This document shows positions 26,545-35,683 of a stretch of 64,000 bases of DNA, one piece after another. The position numbers were made by a program, and so were the translations under genes. The notes below the pieces were generated by a model that was given only the letters and a program-made list of their open reading frames with translations, was not told the origin of the DNA and ran no database searches. Origin of the DNA: Candidatus Binataceae bacterium (GTDB lineage Bacteria > Desulfobacterota > Binatia > Binatales > Binataceae); the NCBI GenBank assembly GCA_035524375.1, contig DATKOZ010000059.1:28822-92821 (forward strand), in the 5' to 3' direction. Position 1 is the stretch's first letter; each line of letters begins with the position of its first letter.

Positions 26545-28373
26545 TTTGCTGTGTCGGAGCGGAGAAGAGCTTCGAGGGCTCTGCTCGCCGCCCGGTCGCT
26601 CGGATTGCGCCGTAAAATTTCCTCAAGCGCGTCCGCCGCCCTCTTGCGATCGCCATGCCTGTACAGAAGTTGCGCGCGCGCCAGCGCGGCTATATTCATG
26701 CCTCCTGGAAGAGCTTCCGCCTGATTGAGGGCGGCTGCAGCACCCGCTTCGTCTCCAGCGGCATCCCGCTCAAGAGCCAATGCGGCGTACTCCTGGGGCT
26801 GGGGATGTGCGGTCCGTTCGATCGATTCGGTCATTGCGCTTGCCGCCGCCTTTCGATCACCAAGCAGCTGGTTTACTCGAATCAGATCGCGGAAAATTTC
26901 CGCATCGGCGTCCGGATCCAGCCCGATAGTGTTCTCAAGCTCATTTCGCGCGCCGGTGAAATCGCCCTGCGCCTCGAGCGCCGCCCCCAACTGCTTGTGG
27001 CAGAACCACATCCCGGGAACCTGCTCGATGCATGCCTTGAATGCCGTTACATCGTCGTGCCAATAGCCCTCCAAGGAAAACGACAATGCCGCATACCAGA
27101 CCGCGGCCGCCGCTGCTGCAGCCCAGATCGAACGCGACTGCCAATCGCCCTGTCGTGCGAAGCGGACCGCGAGGTCGCTCACAATCACGCAGAATCCGAA
27201 CGATGCAAAATAAAGATACGGATCCTGAATCGCACCCGCAGCGTAGAGTCCATTCAAATTGAGCGCCGGGCCAAGCGGGATCAGCACCCACGCAGCGCAA
27301 AATAAATACAGCTTGCGGCGTGGATCGCGCCGGAAAAGAAAAATCATTGCGACGCCGGCCAAGATTAAGCTGAAGACTGGAACCAGCAAATCCGGCGACG
27401 CGATGCTGTTCACGATGTCCAACCGATGCATCCCGGTCCGCCACGGCATCACCAGCATCGACAGGTAGATCCAGATCATCTCCGGGATCGTCGCTGCCAC
27501 CTGGAGCGCCGATAGCGAATGATGATTTAGCGGGTTCGGCCGCGTGATGAACCCCAAAACGCAAAATCGCATCGTCAGGTATACCGCCGCCTCGGTCGCG
27601 AATGGACAGGCAGCAACCGCGGCAGCTCTTACCCGATCGGCGACTGACTCAGCATTGCTTTCCCCTGGACACTGCTGCGGGAAAATCAGCGCGTAAGTCG
27701 CGATTAAGACAGGAAATGCAACCGCCATCTCATGACTGAGCAGCGCGCACGCGTACAGCACCATCGCAAATGCGAACCGCGATGCACTGCGCTCGCCTGC
27801 TGCACGCCGGGCAAATATCTCGAATGCACCGAGTTGGCATCCGGTCGCGAGAAGATGCTGGCTCGCCGAGGGCCAGACTACGGTCTGGACATGGACCGGC
27901 ATCAGCGCAAACAGGGCGGCTGAAAGGAGCCCCGTCCACATATTTTCGGAAAGAAGCTTTGCGACTCGAAAGACCTGGCACACCACAATTAAGTGCAGCG
28001 CGATCGACACGACGTGCCATCCGACGGGATTGGCGCCGAACAGATGGAAATTTATCGCCAGCCATACTCCTTGCAGCGGCCGATAGTATGATCCTACCGG
28101 CAAATGATTGGGATTTTCGAACCACTGGGCATCGTTGACGAATGATTTCCAAAAGTACGACCATTCCCCAATGAAACGATTGCTCGCGATTTGAAAGTGA
28201 TCGTCAAAGATGAACTCATTTCCCAGCGAGCGCACGTAAACGATCGCGGTGACGATTAGTATCCCACCGAGCCATATGAGATGAGCGGAATTATCGGTGA
28301 GCCGCCTCGGCAGGATGCCATAAGCTTCCCGATTACCTGGCGGCTTGACGCCACAGTTGTCCTGCTCCTGCAT
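26541..28373 (-). CDS. Paralog P4: GT-C-like membrane domain plus TPR domain lacking the last repeats
   Basis: 610 aa. 'NEFIFDDHFQIASN', 'NDAQWFENPNHLPVGSYYRP' and 'NFHLFGANPVGWH' are present. The TPR region ends at '...ILRRNPSDRAASRALEALLRSDTAK', about 70 aa short of the full-length members. The junction with P5 is TAG-C-ATG. Confidence 0.8.
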   Translation of the reverse strand: MQEQDNCGVKPPGNREAYGILPRRLTDNSAHLIWLGGILIVTAIVYVRSLGNEFIFDDHFQIASNRFIGEWSYFWKSFVNDAQWFENPNHLPVGSYYRPLQGVWLAINFHLFGANPVGWHVVSIALHLIVVCQVFRVAKLLSENMWTGLLSAALFALMPVHVQTVVWPSASQHLLATGCQLGAFEIFARRAAGERSASRFAFAMVLYACALLSHEMAVAFPVLIATYALIFPQQCPGESNAESVADRVRAAAVAACPFATEAAVYLTMRFCVLGFITRPNPLNHHSLSALQVAATIPEMIWIYLSMLVMPWRTGMHRLDIVNSIASPDLLVPVFSLILAGVAMIFLFRRDPRRKLYLFCAAWVLIPLGPALNLNGLYAAGAIQDPYLYFASFGFCVIVSDLAVRFARQGDWQSRSIWAAAAAAAVWYAALSFSLEGYWHDDVTAFKACIEQVPGMWFCHKQLGAALEAQGDFTGARNELENTIGLDPDADAEIFRDLIRVNQLLGDRKAAASAMTESIERTAHPQPQEYAALALERDAAGDEAGAAAALNQAEALPGGMNIAALARAQLLYRHGDRKRAADALEEILRRNPSDRAASRALEALLRSDTAK

Positions 28374-28374
28374 G

Positions 28375-30405
28375 CTAATGCGGCGCTCCGCGCTCTTCGA
28401 TCGCGGCCATCAAGGCCCGTGCGACGCGATTATCCGGTGCAGCCGCGATGGCAAGCGCGCATTCGTCATGAGCCTCTCGATCACGCCCCAAGTTGTGGAG
28501 CGCCATCGCGATTCGATAGTGAATCCCCGCCTGATTTGGAGCTAATTCCTCTACTCGGCGAAATGCGTCGAGGGCTTCATCGTATCTGTGTTCGGCTGAC
28601 AGTATGGTCGCAAGCGCGCTCAGCGCTTGCGCATCATTTGGCGCGCGGCCTAGTAATTCGTGTAGTCCGTTTTCCGCGCCCTTGCTATCGCCATGCATAA
28701 AAAGAATCTGTGCGCGAACTCGCGTGGCGATGTTGGCGCCGCCGGGAATCGCGTTGGCTTGCATCAAAGCTCCTTCCGCACCTTGCGTGTCACCAGCCGC
28801 GTCGGCCACGACCGCCAGATCGGCATACGCCTCCGCCGGCGCGTGGCCGAGCAGCTTAATTCCATCGGATATCTCGCGCTCCGCCGCGTGCGCATCGCCA
28901 AGATGCCCATCCGCCAAGCCCAGATTATACATACTGTGGCCGTCGCTGGCGTCGAGCGATATCGCACGCTGAAATTCAGTTCGCGCACTGGGATAGTCCC
29001 CGCGTTCGCCGAGCGCGGCCCCCAAATGATTGTGCCAGACCGCGACCTCGGGAGCTTCCGCAACGCACTTGGAAAACAGCGTGAAGTCATCGTGCCAGAA
29101 GCGCTGCACCGAGTAGAGCGACGCCGCATAGGTTGCCGCAATTCCAGCCGATCCGATCGCCATCGCAATGGCTGCCGTCGAATTTCGATGTGCGACCGTA
29201 ACGATCATGCCGGCTGCAATCACACAAAACCCGAATGACGGAAGATACAGATATCGATCTTGGATCAAACTCCCGGCGGGGAGGCCATGCAAATTGAGTG
29301 TCGGTGCAAGGCCGATCAAAATCCACGCGCCGCAATAGAGATAAAGATCGCGCAGTGCGGCATGTCGGATCGCGACGTAAACAGCGCCAACCACCCCGCC
29401 AATTGCGAGCAGTGGAACATAGAAATTAGTCGATGCAATGCTGTCAACGCGCGCCAGCAGATGCGCAGGGGCGGCCGTCCACGGCACGAGGAGAAGCATC
29501 AAATACGCCGTAATCGCAGAAGGCACTGTCAGGATCGATTCCGCCACGGTCAGTTCATTGTTGAAGCTTCCCTGAGTGGCAAAACCCAGCACCAACATTC
29601 GAATGACGAGGTAGGCGGCGGCTTCCGCTGCATAAGGCCACGCCGCGACGATCGCAAAGCGCAATCTATCGCTCAGCGGCGTATCGCTGATGGCTGATTT
29701 CCGACCGCTGGTATTTGTTACCCGCTGACGTGCAAATATGAAGGCATGCGCTGCTATGAGCGCGGGAAATATCAGCGCGCCCTCGTAGCTCAATAGAGCG
29801 CCGCCGCAGAGCGCAAGAGAAACTAACCGCCACCATTGGCTGCGATCGTCCCCGGCCAAAGGCAACGAACGTTCTCCGCTCTGGAATACGTAGAGGTAAA
29901 ATTCAAAAGCTCCTAGTTCCAACGCTGCGGACAGTTGCGCCCCGAATGCCCACGCAACCGCCTCCGCATGGATCGGCGTGAGCCCATACAGCGCAGCGGC
30001 AAGCAAGCCAATCAGCCAGTCTTCAGAAAGTATCGCAGCGACGCGGTAAGTTAGCCATACGACAATCAAATGCAGCAAAATCGCCGCTGCATGCCAGCCG
30101 GCGGGATTCGCCCCGAACAAGTGAAAGTTGATCCACAGCCAGATACTCGAAAGCGGCCGGTAATACGCGCTTTGAGGCAAGTGTCCCGGGTCGCGAAACC
30201 ACCAGTCATCGCTAACCAATGATTTAAGAATGAACGTCCAATCGTTCAGGTAATGATTATTGGCGATCGTCTCCGCTTGATCGAAGACAAAACTATTTCG
30301 GAGCTCGCGGCTATAGATCAGAGCGGTGCAAGCCAGGATTGCAGCCAAGCACCCGCGCGGCAACGCTGATTGCGGATTCCGATCACGAGCGCCCGTGGAT
30401 CTCAA
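28375..30405 (-). CDS. Paralog P5: GT-C-like membrane domain plus TPR domain (motif FDQ instead of FDD)
   Basis: 676 aa. 'NSFVFDQAETIANN', 'SDDWWFRDPGHLPQSAYYRP' and 'NFHLFGANPAGWH' are present, with a full TPR tail ('HYRIAMALHNLGRDREAHDECALAIAA'). The only in-frame start is TTG at 30403-30405, overlapping the ylxR stop (TTGA). Confidence 0.75.
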   Translation of the reverse strand: MRSTGARDRNPQSALPRGCLAAILACTALIYSRELRNSFVFDQAETIANNHYLNDWTFILKSLVSDDWWFRDPGHLPQSAYYRPLSSIWLWINFHLFGANPAGWHAAAILLHLIVVWLTYRVAAILSEDWLIGLLAAALYGLTPIHAEAVAWAFGAQLSAALELGAFEFYLYVFQSGERSLPLAGDDRSQWWRLVSLALCGGALLSYEGALIFPALIAAHAFIFARQRVTNTSGRKSAISDTPLSDRLRFAIVAAWPYAAEAAAYLVIRMLVLGFATQGSFNNELTVAESILTVPSAITAYLMLLLVPWTAAPAHLLARVDSIASTNFYVPLLAIGGVVGAVYVAIRHAALRDLYLYCGAWILIGLAPTLNLHGLPAGSLIQDRYLYLPSFGFCVIAAGMIVTVAHRNSTAAIAMAIGSAGIAATYAASLYSVQRFWHDDFTLFSKCVAEAPEVAVWHNHLGAALGERGDYPSARTEFQRAISLDASDGHSMYNLGLADGHLGDAHAAEREISDGIKLLGHAPAEAYADLAVVADAAGDTQGAEGALMQANAIPGGANIATRVRAQILFMHGDSKGAENGLHELLGRAPNDAQALSALATILSAEHRYDEALDAFRRVEELAPNQAGIHYRIAMALHNLGRDREAHDECALAIAAAPDNRVARALMAAIEERGAPH

Positions 30406-30680
30406 AGTCCCTTGGCGTCTCTGATCGCAAGCGCGATTTCAAGCCGCTCGCTATGCTCGATTCCCCTGCGCAGCGAGCGAAACTGCTTCACTCGGGAGGC
30501 TACAAACCGCTTGATGCAATCGTCGTCGCGATGCAGATACGCGCCGCGTCCGGGACGGTCACCCGAGTAATCCAGGACCAGTTTTCCGTCCGCGACCGCA
30601 AGTCGCACCATTGCCGACTTCGCGGCGCGCTTCATGCAGCCAATACAGGTGCGTTCCGGCAGCCTATTTTTCTCCGCCAT
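30402..30680 (-). CDS. ylxR: YlxR/RnpM-family RNA-binding protein (DUF448)
   Basis: 'ERTCIGCMKRAAKSAMVRLAV...GRGAYLH' is the DUF448 signature. It sits in the canonical position right after nusA, which it overlaps by 17 nt. Confidence 0.9.
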   Translation of the reverse strand: MAEKNRLPERTCIGCMKRAAKSAMVRLAVADGKLVLDYSGDRPGRGAYLHRDDDCIKRFVASRVKQFRSLRRGIEHSERLEIALAIRDAKGL

Positions 30681-32034
30681 CTTGCGGCGCCGGAGTGGAC
30701 GCCGAAGGCGCGTCCTCAGCGGCGGACTCGGCGGATGCCGCTTGCACCGCCGCGGCGGCCTCGGATGCCGCCTGCGCCTTGGCTTCGGCCTGCGCCTTCT
30801 TCAATGCGACATGCTCGCGCGCCGCATTGATGATTTGCTTGGCACGCTCGGGGCTGATTCCCTCGACGTCGAAAGCAGCCTCGTCCGCCTCGGCCAACTG
30901 CTCGGCCGATCGGAATCCCCATTGGTACAATAGCTCCGCATTGATATCGCCGATGGCTGGAATTGCGTTGAGCGATGCACGCGCGGACCGGGCCTCTTCT
31001 TCGGCCTCGGCCTCGCTGCGAACGTCGAGCTTCCAGTTGGTCAGGCGATGTGCCAGACGGACGTTTTGGCCGCGCTTGCCGATCGCAAGCGAAAGTTGAT
31101 CATCGGGAACGATCACTTCCATCGCGTGTTCGTCTTCGTCGATCACCACCTTGGAAACCTTCGCCGGAGCAAGGGCGCGACATACCAATTCCGCTTGGTC
31201 GTCAGTCCACGGCACGATATCGATCTTTTCGCCGCGCAACTCCTGCACCACCGCCTGAACTCGGGTGCCTTTCATTCCGACGCAGGCGCCGACCGGATCG
31301 ACATCGGCATCTTTCGAATAAACGGCAACTTTCGCGCGGCCGCCGGGCTCACGCGCGCATTGCCGAATCTCGACGATGCCTTCGTAAATTTCCGGCACCT
31401 CCTGCTCGAACAGCTTCATTAGAAAGTCGTTTGCCGTTCGCGACAAGATGATCGCCAGTCCCTTTTCCGAAAGCTCCACATCCAGGATTAGCGCACGGAT
31501 CCGATCGCCCTGACGATACCGCTCGTGCGGGATCTGCTCCTTCTCCGGTAAAATCGCCTCGGTCCGGCCCAAATTAACTATCATGTTCTTGCGCTCGAAC
31601 CGCTGTACAATCCCCGAAACCACTTCGCTCTTGCGGTCCTTGAACTCGTTGTAAATCTGCTTTCGCTCGGCATCGCGGATGTGCTGGATGAGATTCTGCT
31701 TGGCCGCTTGAGCGGCGATGCGGCCCATCGTGGCGGTGTCGAGCTTGATTAGGATTTCATCGCCGGAGGCCGCATCCGGGTCATATTTCGCACGCGCGGT
31801 GGCAACGTCGACCTCCGCGGCCGGATTGGCAACGGTTTCGACCACTGTCTTGATCTCGAACAACTCGATTTCGCCCAACTCCGGATTGAATCGCGATTCA
31901 ATATTGCGGTCGGCGCCAAAAGTCCGGCGCGCCGCGGAGTGCATCATCTCCTCCACCGCGCTTACCACAATGGTTTTGTCGATGCCCTTTTCCTTGGAGA
32001 CCTGTTCGATCACCCGGTTCAGATCGATTTGCAT
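30664..32034 (-). CDS. nusA: Transcription termination/antitermination factor NusA
   Basis: 'MQIDLNRVIEQVSKEKGIDKTIVVSAVEEMMHSAARR', an S1 domain ('GIVQRFERKNMIVNLGRTEAILPEKEQIPHERYRQGDRIRA') and KH domains ('VGACVGMKGTRVQAVVQELRGEKIDIV') are present. The C-terminal tail is Ala/Glu-rich. Confidence 0.95.
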   Translation of the reverse strand: MQIDLNRVIEQVSKEKGIDKTIVVSAVEEMMHSAARRTFGADRNIESRFNPELGEIELFEIKTVVETVANPAAEVDVATARAKYDPDAASGDEILIKLDTATMGRIAAQAAKQNLIQHIRDAERKQIYNEFKDRKSEVVSGIVQRFERKNMIVNLGRTEAILPEKEQIPHERYRQGDRIRALILDVELSEKGLAIILSRTANDFLMKLFEQEVPEIYEGIVEIRQCAREPGGRAKVAVYSKDADVDPVGACVGMKGTRVQAVVQELRGEKIDIVPWTDDQAELVCRALAPAKVSKVVIDEDEHAMEVIVPDDQLSLAIGKRGQNVRLAHRLTNWKLDVRSEAEAEEEARSARASLNAIPAIGDINAELLYQWGFRSAEQLAEADEAAFDVEGISPERAKQIINAAREHVALKKAQAEAKAQAASEAAAAVQAASAESAAEDAPSASTPAPQDGGEK

Positions 32035-32089
32035 ATCGCCTCATGCAGCGCCGGCGTCCGCGGCCAAATGGCCACCCGACGCCGCCGGT

Positions 32090-32581
32090 TCAGTTGCCAA
32101 AATCGTACTCGTAATTCGCGTCCTTCATCTCGCCAAACCCGATCGCAAACCGCTGCCGGGTGGCCTCATCTTCCAGTTCAATACCTTCGCCGCCCGCCGA
32201 AATCAGGCGACCGACGTAAGACTTCCGCCCGTCGCGCGCTTCCCTGGTCCGCACCCGAACCCGCTTGCCAACCACCGCCTCAAAATGCTCCAGTTTGCGC
32301 AGCGGCCGGTTCAGACCCGGCGATGCGACTTCCAGTGTGTAGCGGCCCTCGATGGGATCGTACACGTCGAGCAAATCGCCCAGCTTCGGGCTGAGCAACT
32401 CCAAATCGCTCAGCGAAATTCCGCCGCCCGGCTTGTCCACCAGGATTCGCAACAGTGAATTCCGCGTTCCCTGATGGTAGTCAACCGCCACCAACTCGTA
32501 GCCATCACGCTCGATATGCGGCTCGAGCAGCGCAGCCACCTTCTCGGCGACCGGATGAGGCGTCAGCGCCATCTTCGCCAT
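32090..32581 (-). CDS. rimP: Ribosome maturation factor RimP
   Basis: 'GYELVAVDYHQGTRNSLLRILVDKPGGGISLSDLELLSPKLGDLLD...YTLEVASPGLNRPL' is typical RimP, placed upstream of nusA. ATG is at 32581, and the ORF-track start at 32923 is an extension that overlaps P6. Confidence 0.9.
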   Translation of the reverse strand: MAKMALTPHPVAEKVAALLEPHIERDGYELVAVDYHQGTRNSLLRILVDKPGGGISLSDLELLSPKLGDLLDVYDPIEGRYTLEVASPGLNRPLRKLEHFEAVVGKRVRVRTREARDGRKSYVGRLISAGGEGIELEDEATRQRFAIGFGEMKDANYEYDFGN

Positions 32582-32643
32582 TGGCCTTTTCCTTATGCCG
32601 AAGCCCACGCCGCGATTCCGCCAAGCCTGCCCACGGCACCAAC

Positions 32644-32667
32644 AAAAAAGTGGGCGCGCGCCCACTT
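32644..32667 (-). terminator. Rho-independent terminator between P6 and rimP
   Basis: Perfect GC-rich palindrome gtgggcgc|gcgcccac (32650-32665), preceded on the plus strand by aaaaaa (32644-32649). On the minus strand this is a hairpin followed by UUUUUU. It lies about 95 nt after the P6 stop. Confidence 0.7.
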
Positions 32668-32759
32668 CTACGCAGCAAGATATCACCCCGGCTGACCCAT
32701 CGGCAAGGCGCCAATATTCATGGGAAAATCTCGTTTCGCTTTCTGCCGGACGCGCGGGC

Positions 32760-34199
32760 TTACAGCAGGGAATCGCCCCCCAGCCGGTCGAGTCGAAAAT
32801 GGTCCATTGCGGAAGCGCTTTTCCAGTAAGCCTGCACGGAAAAAAGCATCGCCGCATAGCCGATCGCCACTGCGACCGCGCCAATTCGAATAATCTTCGC
32901 CCGCATCGGCCCACCGCGCGCAAAGTTGACCGCCAGATCCGCAGCCATCAGGCAAAATCCCATCGATGGCAGATAGAGAAATCGATCGTGAACCGTCGGC
33001 CCGCCTGCGATCGCGTTCAGGTTGAGCGCCGGAGCAATCGTGATCACAAACCAAAGAATACAATACAGATAAAGCCATCGATGACGGCTGAAACCAATGA
33101 CTGCTGCAAGCACTGCGAGAGACCCGCACAGTGCTGCAATTGTGAAATAGAACCGCGGTTGCGCGGAACTAATTACATATTCGATTTGAGGATGCGCCGG
33201 CCCGGCCTTCCATTGCATCACGAGTAGCTTCAGATATCCGACGATTGCCAATGGAATCGTCAGAGCGACTTGGTTTGATGTCGGGTATGGCGGCGGCGAT
33301 TTTTCGAATACGAATCCGAATATCCACATCCGCAGGAAAAGATAGAGAACTACTAAAATCCCATAAGGCCAGGTCTCTGCAAACGCGGCAGCCAAACGCC
33401 TAAAGACAGACGATGCGACCCCCGCTTCAGGTCCTTCACGCTCTCCAATGGAGTTACTCCGGGAGTCCGTCTCGATCTCGACTTGACTGGGGAAAATGAG
33501 CGCATGAGCACCAATCAGGACAGGAAATCCTACCGCGCTTTCATAACTGAGCATGGCGCATGCGAAAAGCCCAAGTGACAGAATCTTCGCGCGCCGCCGT
33601 AAATAGAGATCGAATGCACCCAATGCGAAGGCAGCGCTGATCGGCGGCGCGAATGCGAATACCACTGCCTCGGCATGCGCAGGCATTAGCGCAAACAGCA
33701 TCGCCGATAAAATGCCCGCATCACGATCGCCCGAAAGAACCGTGCAAACTCTAAAAACGAGCCACACTACTATCAGGTTCACCGCAATCATCGCGGCGTG
33801 CCATCCGGCAGGATCGATTCCGAACAGATGGTAGTTAATCCAAAGCCAAAGACTCAGGATTGGTCGATAATACGAACTGACTGGAACATGTTGCGGGTTG
33901 TCGAACCACCAGTCGTCGTTGACGAGCGCTTTTGGAAGGTAGAACCAGCTGGCGAGATATCGATTGAAGACGATCGATCCAAGCTGATCGCCGATGAACT
34001 GGTTGCCGATGCAATGTAGGTAAACTATTGCGGTTGTGGCCAGAATCACGGCCATCCGCGCTCCCGCGGCTGAATCGCCGTCCCCGAGCTTCGCGAATAT
34101 TTTGCCACTCCGCAGACCGTTCTTAGTAGCTCCATGACGGCCAAATAAAGACGATTCGCGGCTCCGATGCTGCCCGGCGGCTGACGATGGACGACGCAT
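32760..34199 (-). CDS. Paralog P6: GT-C-like membrane domain only (no TPR, motif GDQ instead of DD)
   Basis: 479 aa. 'NQFIGDQLGSIVFN', 'NDDWWFDNPQHVPVSSYYRP', 'NYHLFGIDPAGWH' and 'DRFLYLPS' are present. The protein stops at '...YWKSASAMDHFRLDRLGGDSLL', exactly where the TPR domain starts in the other paralogs. The start is ATG 34199 or ATG 34055. Confidence 0.7.
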   Translation of the reverse strand: MRRPSSAAGQHRSRESSLFGRHGATKNGLRSGKIFAKLGDGDSAAGARMAVILATTAIVYLHCIGNQFIGDQLGSIVFNRYLASWFYLPKALVNDDWWFDNPQHVPVSSYYRPILSLWLWINYHLFGIDPAGWHAAMIAVNLIVVWLVFRVCTVLSGDRDAGILSAMLFALMPAHAEAVVFAFAPPISAAFALGAFDLYLRRRAKILSLGLFACAMLSYESAVGFPVLIGAHALIFPSQVEIETDSRSNSIGEREGPEAGVASSVFRRLAAAFAETWPYGILVVLYLFLRMWIFGFVFEKSPPPYPTSNQVALTIPLAIVGYLKLLVMQWKAGPAHPQIEYVISSAQPRFYFTIAALCGSLAVLAAVIGFSRHRWLYLYCILWFVITIAPALNLNAIAGGPTVHDRFLYLPSMGFCLMAADLAVNFARGGPMRAKIIRIGAVAVAIGYAAMLFSVQAYWKSASAMDHFRLDRLGGDSLL

Positions 34200-34351
34200 G
34201 GCTGGATACGACCGCGGCCCGATAGTTAAACAGGCCGGTTGCCAATTTCAACTCACCCGCAAGACTCGCACCGCCCTTGAACCGTGCGTGGAAGCCGCGG
34301 CGCACAGCCTATATGATCTCTCTCAATTCGGACTCGCCGCCGGATAATGCG

Positions 34352-35638
34352 ATGTCAGACTTCCTCGGACCAGAATCTCCCGTAATCGGCTTCCTGCTCG
34401 CCATCGCGATCGGATTTCTGATCGGTCGAACTCGCGAGCCAGGGGAAGGCCGGCCGCCACGGCCGGGACTGCGTGACTTTGTCATTATCGCCCTGGTCGG
34501 CGCCATCGCGGGCCATCTCGACATCACTGCCATTACCGTCGCTTTGGTGATTACAGTCACCGCCACAATGCTCATAATGCGCGCGCAGCATCCGGAGCGC
34601 AGCGGAATCACGACCGAGTTGGCGGGACTGGCGACCTTTATCTTGGCGGCGCTTTCGATGACGCGCGATCGTCAATTCGCCGCGGCGCTTGGGATCGTCC
34701 TGGCGATGGTACTGGCGCGGCGGGATGAAATCCGCCGGATCGTGCGCGAAGAAATTTCTGACGAGGAATACATCGACACGCTTTCGTTCCTCGGACTGAT
34801 CTTCATCATCTACCCATTGCTGCCGCAGGGAGGTTACGGCCCGTTCGAATTCTTCGAGCCGCGCCGGATATGGCTGTTTGTAATCCTTGTATCCGGCGTA
34901 TCTTTCGTCGGTTATTTCGTCGCCAAATTCACCGGGCCGGAGCGGGGAGCGATGCTGACGGCGGTAGTCGGTGCGGTTGCGTCAACTACCGCATACACGG
35001 GCGGCATTTCCCAAGCAGTGGCTGAAGCACCGGAGATTGCAATACCAGCGGCGCGCAACGTACTAATTGCAAATTCGATTTTGTTCCCTCGGATGCTCCT
35101 TATCATCGCGCCCATCTCACCCGGTCTCGCGATCGCGGCTGTACCCGCATTTTCAGCCATGACGATTTCTGGATTTGCTGCGGCGTGGGTTGTCGCTCGC
35201 GCACCGCAACAAAGCGGCGTGACGGTGGCCGCTTCCACCTTTCGCAATCCATTCACACTCGGCCCGGCACTAAAGTTTGGCGCTGTTTTCACAGCCGTCG
35301 TATTCCTCTCGCGAGCCGCAGTCAGGTACTTGGGCTTCGGTGGGCAGATGGCGGTGTCAGCGGCAAGCGGTCTGGTCGATGTGGATGCAATATCGCTCGC
35401 GCTGGCGGGCTTCGTCCAATCCGGGGTCAGCACCGCGCAGGCAGCGGCCGCTGGGATGACACTGGCAGCGGGAGTAAATGCAATTTTCAAGTCCGCCATG
35501 GCGCGCAGCAGCGGCCAATCGGCTTTCTACTTGCGGATTTTTGCTGGATTCGTCATCATGTTCGCAGCGGGAGCGATGGTGTTGGCGTTTGCCGATTCCG
35601 CGCGTTTCGCTGCGGTCGTGGGTGGGCTCCAACGGTAG
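34352..35638 (+). CDS. MgtC/SapB-like plus DUF4010 integral membrane protein
   Basis: 'FLLAIAIGFLIGRTRE' is the N-terminal motif of a ~12-TM protein with a DUF4010-like second half. I prefer ATG 34352. Confidence 0.7.
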   Translation: MSDFLGPESPVIGFLLAIAIGFLIGRTREPGEGRPPRPGLRDFVIIALVGAIAGHLDITAITVALVITVTATMLIMRAQHPERSGITTELAGLATFILAALSMTRDRQFAAALGIVLAMVLARRDEIRRIVREEISDEEYIDTLSFLGLIFIIYPLLPQGGYGPFEFFEPRRIWLFVILVSGVSFVGYFVAKFTGPERGAMLTAVVGAVASTTAYTGGISQAVAEAPEIAIPAARNVLIANSILFPRMLLIIAPISPGLAIAAVPAFSAMTISGFAAAWVVARAPQQSGVTVAASTFRNPFTLGPALKFGAVFTAVVFLSRAAVRYLGFGGQMAVSAASGLVDVDAISLALAGFVQSGVSTAQAAAAGMTLAAGVNAIFKSAMARSSGQSAFYLRIFAGFVIMFAAGAMVLAFADSARFAAVVGGLQR

Positions 35639-35683
35639 CGTGCCGCAAATTCAACGTATCGCAGACGGTATTGGGAGATATCT

